This document shows positions 53,684-64,000 of a DNA stretch of 64,000 bases, one piece after another. The notes below the pieces were generated by a model. That model saw only the letters and a list, made by a program, of their open reading frames with translations, had not been told where the DNA came from and did not search any database. The stretch is from the human T2T-CHM13v2.0 reference genome, Homo sapiens. Numbering within the stretch: position 1 is the first letter of the stretch; every line of letters starts with the position of its first letter. The DNA lies in assembly GCF_009914755.1 (NCBI RefSeq), contig NC_060928.1. One strand, written 5' to 3'. Position numbers and translations under genes: made by a program.

Positions 53684-56545
53684 AGTATATCCAGCAAAAA
53701 TATCCTTCAAACATGAAGGAGAAATGAAGCCTTACCCAGATAAACAAAAGCTGAGGGACTTCATCAACACCAGATCTGTCCTACAAGACATGCTAAACAG
53801 AGTTCTTCAATCTGAAAGGAAAAAACATGTTAATGAGCAATATGATATCTGAAGGTACAAAACCCACTGGTAATAGTATACATATGCAAAGAATATTATA
53901 ACACTATAACTGTAGTGTGTAAATTACTCTTAAATAGAAAGACTAAAAGATGTATCAATAAAAAATAATAACCACAATAACTTTTCAAGACACAGTACAA
54001 TAAGATATAAATAGAAATAAGAAAAAGTTAAAAAGCAGGGAGGATAAAGTTAAAGTGTAGATTTTTATTAGTTTTCTCTTTGCTCGTTTGTTAGTTGATT
54101 TGTTTGTTTACACAATCAGTGTTAAACTGTTATCAGTCTAACATAATTGATCATAAGATGTTAATTGTAACCTGCATGGTACTCTCAAGTCAAAAAAAAT
54201 CCAAACACCTATAAGAGACACACACAAAGTAAAAAGCAAGAAATTAAAACATACTACCAGAGAAAATCACCTTCACAAAAAGGAAGATAAGAAGGAAGGA
54301 AGAAAGGAAGGAAACCACAAAACAACCAGGACACAACAAAATAGCAGCAGTAAGCCCTTACTTATCCATAATAACATTGAATGTAAATGGACTAAACTCT
54401 CCAATCAAAAGACAGTGGCTGAATGGATAAAAATAATAAGACTTAATGATCTGTTGCCTACAAGAAATACACTTCACCAATAAAGACATGCAAGACCAAA
54501 AATAAAAGGATGAAAAAAGATATTCCATACAAATGGAAACCAAAACCAGGAATGAGTAGCTATACTTATGTCAGAAAAAAATATATTTCAAGACAAAAAC
54601 TATAAAAAGAGACAAGAAATAATACACAGGTTAATTCAGCAAGAGGATATAACAATTGTAAAAACATATGTACCCAATGCTAGATCATCCAGATATATAA
54701 AGGAAATATTACTAAAGTGAGAGAGAGAGAGACGGAGAAAGAGGAGGAGAGAGAGTTAGTTTATTGCTAGCTAGAGACTTCAACAACCCACCTTCAGTAT
54801 TGGACAGAAAATCGACAAAGAAACATCTGATTTAATCTGAACTATAGACCAAATGGACTTAAGAGATATTTACAGTTCATTTCATCCAACCAATGTGCAG
54901 AATACACATTCTTCTCCTCAATACATCAATCATTCTCAAGAATAGACCATATGTTAGGCCAAAATCAAGTCTTAAAACATTCATAAAATTGAAATCATAT
55001 TAAGTATCTTCTCTGACCACAATGAAAAAAAACTAGAAATCAATGACAAGAGGAACTTTGGAAGTTTGAAACTTTGGGGATTTTGAAAACATATGAAAAT
55101 TAAACAATATGCTTCTGAATGACCAGTGGGCCAATGAAGAAATTACAAAAGAAATTAAAAAAAATTCTTGAAACAAATGAAAGTGGAAACACAATATACC
55201 AAAACCTATGGGATACAGCAAAAGCAATACTAAGAGCAATGTTTATAGCAATAAACACCTACATCAAAGTAGAAAATCTTCAAATAAACAACCTAATGAT
55301 GCATCTTAAAGAAATAGAAAAGCAAGAGCAAACTGAATCCAAAAGTAGTAGAAGAAAAGAAATAAGAATCAGAGCAGAAATAAATAAATTTGACACAAAA
55401 AACAACACAAAATCAATGAAATGAAGAGTTGGTTATTTGAAATGGTAAACAAAATTGACAAACTTTTAGGCAGACTAAGAAGAAAACCAGAAGACTCAAA
55501 AAAAAAATCATAGAGGAAAAAAAGACACAACTGATATTGCAAAAATTAAAGGGATCGTTAGAGACTACTATGAGCAAGTGTATTCCAATAAACTTGAAAA
55601 CCTAGAAAAAATGGATAAATTCCTACACACATACAACTTACCAAGCTTGAACCATGAAGAAAATCTCAAACCTGAACAGACCAATAATAAGCAATGAGAT
55701 TGAAGTCATGTTAAAGAGTCTCCAGGAAAGGAAAAGCCTGGGACCCAATGGATTCACTGTTGAATTTTACCAGACAGTTAAAGGAGAACTAATGCCTATC
55801 ATATCCAAATTATTCTGGAAAATAGAGGTGGAAGGAATACTTCCAAACTCATTCTACAAGGCCAATATTACCCCGATACCAAAACCACATAGAGACACAT
55901 TAAAAAAAAGAAAACTGTATGCCAATATCCCTGATGAAACTGATTCAAAAATCCTCAACAAAATAGTAGCAAACTTAATTCAACAATACATTACAAAGAT
56001 CATTCATCATGACCAAAGTGAGATTTACCCCAGAGATACCAGGATAGTTCAATTTACATGTATCAATCAGCAAGATAGATCATACCAACAGAATGAAGGA
56101 CAAAAACCATTGACCACTTCAAATGATGCTGAAAAATCATTTGATAAAATTCAACATCCCTTAATGGTCAAAACCCTCAAGAAAGTAGGCATTGAAGGAA
56201 CATACCTCAAAACAATAAGAGCTATATATGAAAGATCAACAGCTAGTAGCATACTGAATAGGGAAAAAACTGAAAGTATTTCCCGTAAGTTCTGGAATGT
56301 AATAAGGATACCCACTTTTACCTCTATTATTTAACATAGTACTGAAAGTTCCAGCTGGAGTAATCAGACTTGAGAGAGAAATAAAGAGTATTCAAATTGG
56401 AAAAGAAAAAGTCAAATTATCTTTGTTTGCAAATAATATGATCTTATATTTGGAGAAACCTAAAGACTTCACAAAAAAAACTATTACAACTAATAAACAA
56501 ATGCAGTAAAGTTGCAGGATAAAAAAATTAACATACAAAAAAATC

Positions 56546-56876
<331 letters not shown>

Positions 56877-58240
56877 TTATATGCCAACAGCAAACAACCT
56901 GAAAAAGAAATCAAGAGATAGCTAGCAAGACGGCCAAATAGGAACAGCTCTGGTCCGTAGCTCCCACTGAGATCAACACAGAAGGTGGGTGATTTCTGCA
57001 TTTTCAACTAAGGTACCCCATTCATCTCACTGGGACTAGTTAGACAGTGGGTGTAGCTCACGGAGGGCGAGCCGAAGCAGGGTGGGGTGTTGCCTCACCT
57101 GGGAAGTCCAAGGGGATGGGGAACTCCCTCCCCTAGCCAAGTGAAGCCATGAGGGACTGTGCCGTGAGGAATGATGCACTCAGGCCCAGATACTATGCTT
57201 TTCCCATGGTCTTCGCAACCCACAGACCAGGAGATTCCCTCCAATGCCTATGCCACCAGAGCCCTGGGTTTCAAGCCTAAAACTGGGTGGCCGTTTGGGC
57301 AGACACCAAACTAGCTGCAGGATTATTTTTTTTCATACCCCGGGGTGCTTGGAATGCAGTGAGACAGAACCGTTCACTCCCCTGGAAAGGGGGCTGAAGC
57401 CAGGGGGCCAAGTGGTTTAGCTCAGAGGAGCCCACCCCCATGGAACCCAGCAAGCTAAGATCCACTGGCTTGAAATTCTTGCTGCCATCACAGCAGTGTG
57501 AAGTCAACCTGGGATGCTAGAGTTTGGTGGGAGGAGGGGCATCCACCACTAATGAGGCTTGTGTAGGTAGTTTTTCCCTCACAGTGTAAACAAAGCCACC
57601 AGGAAGTTCGAACTGGGTGGAGCCCACCACAGCTCAGCAAAGCCGCTGTAGCCAGACTGCCTCTCTAGTTTCCTCCACTCTGGGTAGGGCATCTCTGAAA
57701 GAAAGGCAGCAGCCCCAGTCAGGGCCTTATAGATAAAACCCATCTCCCTGGGACAGAGCACCTAGGGGAAGGGGCAGCTTCAGCAGACATAAACGTCCCT
57801 GCCTGATGGCTCTGAAGAAAGCAGCAGCTCTCCCAGTACAACGTTCGAGCTCTGATAGGGGACAGACTGCCTCCTCAAGTGGGTCCCTGACCCCCGTGTC
57901 TCCTGACTGGGAGACACCTCCAAGCAGGGGCCGACAAACACCTCATACAGGAGAGTTCTGGCTGGCATCTGGCAGGTGCCCCTCTGGGATGAAACTTCCA
58001 GAGGAAGGAACAGGCAGCAATCTTTGCTGTTCTGCAGCCTCCATTGGTGATACCCAGGCAAACAGGGTCAGGAACAGACCTCCAGCAAACTCCAGCAGAC
58101 CTGCAGCAGAGAGGCCTGACTATTAGAAGGAAAACTAACAAACAGGAATAGCATCAACATCAACAAAAAGATGTCCAGATACAGAAACCCAATCTGAAGG
58201 TCACCAACATCAAACACCAAAGGTAGATAAATCCATGAAG

Positions 58241-59258
58241 ATGGGGAGAAACCAGGACAAAAAGGCTGAAAATTCCAAAAACAAGAATGCCTCTTCTCCT
58301 CCAAAGGATTTCAACTCCTCACCAGTAAGGCAACAAAACTGGAAGGAGAAAGAGTTTCACAAATTGACAGAAGTAGGCTTCAGAAGGTGGGTAATAACAA
58401 ACTCCTCCAATCTAAGGGAGTGTGTTCTAACCCAATGAAAGGAAGCTAAGAACCTTGAAAAAAAGTTAGAGGAATTGCTAACTAGAATAACCAGTTTAGA
58501 GAAGAACATAAATGACCTGATGGAGCTGAAAAACAAAGCGCGAGAACTTCATGAAGCATATGCAAGTATCAACAGCTGAATTGATCAAGCAGAAGAAAGG
58601 ATATAAGAGATTAAAGATCAACTTAATCAAATAAAGTGTGAAGACAAGATTGGAGAAAAAAGAATGGAAAGGAACAAACAAAGCCTCCGAGAAATATGGG
58701 ACTATGTGAAAAGAGCAAATCTATATTTGATTGGTGTACTTGAAAGTGACAGGGAGAATGCAATCATGTTGGAAAACACTCTTAACGATATTACCCAGGA
58801 GAACTTCCCCAACCTAGCAAGAGAGGCCAACATTCAAATTCAGGAAACACAGAGAACACCACAAAGGTACTCCTCGAGAAGAGCAACCCCAAGACACATA
58901 AACATCAGATTCATCAAGGTTGAAATGAAGGAAAAAATGTTAAGTGCAGCCAGAGAGAAAGGTCTGGTTACCCACAAAGGGAAGCCAATCAGCGGATCTC
59001 TCTGCAGAAACCCTACAAGCCAGAAGAGAGTGGAGGCCAATATTCAACATTCTTAAAGAAAAGAACTTTCAACCCAGAATTTCATATCCAGCCAAGCTAA
59101 GCTTCATAAGTGAAGGAGAAATAAAATCCTTTACAGACAAGCAAATGCTGAGAGATTTTCTCAACACCAGGCCAGCCTTGTAAGAGCTCCTGAAGGAAGC
59201 ACTAAATATAGAAAGGTAAAACTGGTACCAGCAACTGCAAAAACATACCAAACTGTAA
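58241..59258 (+). pseudogene. L1 ORF1p, disrupted
   Basis: MGRNQDKKAENSKNKNASSPPKD...; EIWDYVKR; FQPRISYPAKLSF; split by stops and frameshifts across several ORFs. Confidence 0.9.
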
Positions 59259-59321
59259 AGATCATTGATGCTATGAAGAAACTGCGTCAACTAACAGGCA
59301 AAATAACCAGCTAGTATCATA

Positions 59322-63147
<3,826 letters not shown>

Positions 63148-63660
63148 AGAATGAGAACACTTGGACACAGGAAGGGGAACATCACACACTGGGGCCTGTT
63201 GTGGGGTGGGGGAAGGGGGAGGGATATCATTAGGAGATAGACCTAATGTAAATGACGAGTTAATGGGTGCAGCATACCAACATGGCACATGTATACATAT
63301 GTAAGAAACCTGCACATTGTGCACATGTACCCTAGAACTTAAAGTATAATAATAATAATAATAATAATAATAAAATATATAACTGGAACAGCAACAAAAA
63401 TAAAATAAATAAAATAAAAAATTAAATAAATTACTTTTTTCTAAAAACATGTGGGTTTGTCTAAACAAACAAACAAAAAATCCTCTTCCTTTCTCAAGAA
63501 AAGGAAAAACATTTATAACCATGTTCCCTGGAATGTAAAGAGCCCACCTTCCACATTCACAGAAACTTAACTTATTAAATATTGATTCAGGGCTTTTACA
63601 TTTTTTAACACAAAAATTATGATAATCAACTGTTAAATAGACAAATATTGAATAGATCAC

Positions 63661-64000
63661 TTTTTTAACTTTTAATTTTTAAATAATTGTAGATTCACAG
63701 GAAATTCCAAAACAAAAAACAAAACCATGTACAGGGAGGTGCCTTTTACCGTTCGTCCAGTTTCTCCCAATGATAACATTTTTGCATAACTATTGTACAA
63801 TATCAAAACCAAGAAAATTACATTGGTACAATCCACAGAGTTTATCAGATTTCACTAGTTTTGTAAGTACATCTGTGTGTGTGTGTGCGTGTGCATGTGT
63901 GTGATCTGCTGTAGATCTGTGCAACCATCACCATGAAGATACAGAACTGCTTTATCACTGCAAGGCTCCCACCACCACTACCTCTTTATGGCAACACCCA
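63661..64000 (-). mobile_element. L1MB/L1MC-type 3' end
   Basis: aaataattgtagattcacagg...ccagtttctcccaatgataacattttgcataactattgtacaatatc. Confidence 0.75.

Overview
This is AT-rich, CpG-depleted primate (most likely human) intronic or intergenic DNA dominated by interspersed repeats. These include old and young L1s, L2, MIR, Alu, MaLR/ERVL/ERV1 LTRs and hAT/Tc-Mariner fossils, many of them nested and with readable target-site duplications (TSDs). No intact protein-coding gene, RNA gene or CRISPR array is supported. The long ORFs are decayed L1 ORF1/ORF2, MaLR internal or L2 RT remnants, or microsatellite artefacts. Subfamily names are recognised from memory of consensus sequences and need RepeatMasker/Dfam confirmation. 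I found no convincing new multi-gene system. The best leads are: (1) a 75-nt minus-strand exon candidate with branch point, acceptor and donor (42590-42664); (2) a 34-bp pre-miRNA-like hairpin made by inverted duplication inside an MLT2B LTR (45114-45192); (3) a ~290-bp apparently non-repeat insert with a TSD inside an L1 (50671-50963); (4) a full-length L1 that looks like an L1PA7/L1PA4-5 chimera without a TSD (56917-63375); (5) a perfect 18-bp inverted repeat in unique DNA (42276-42379).
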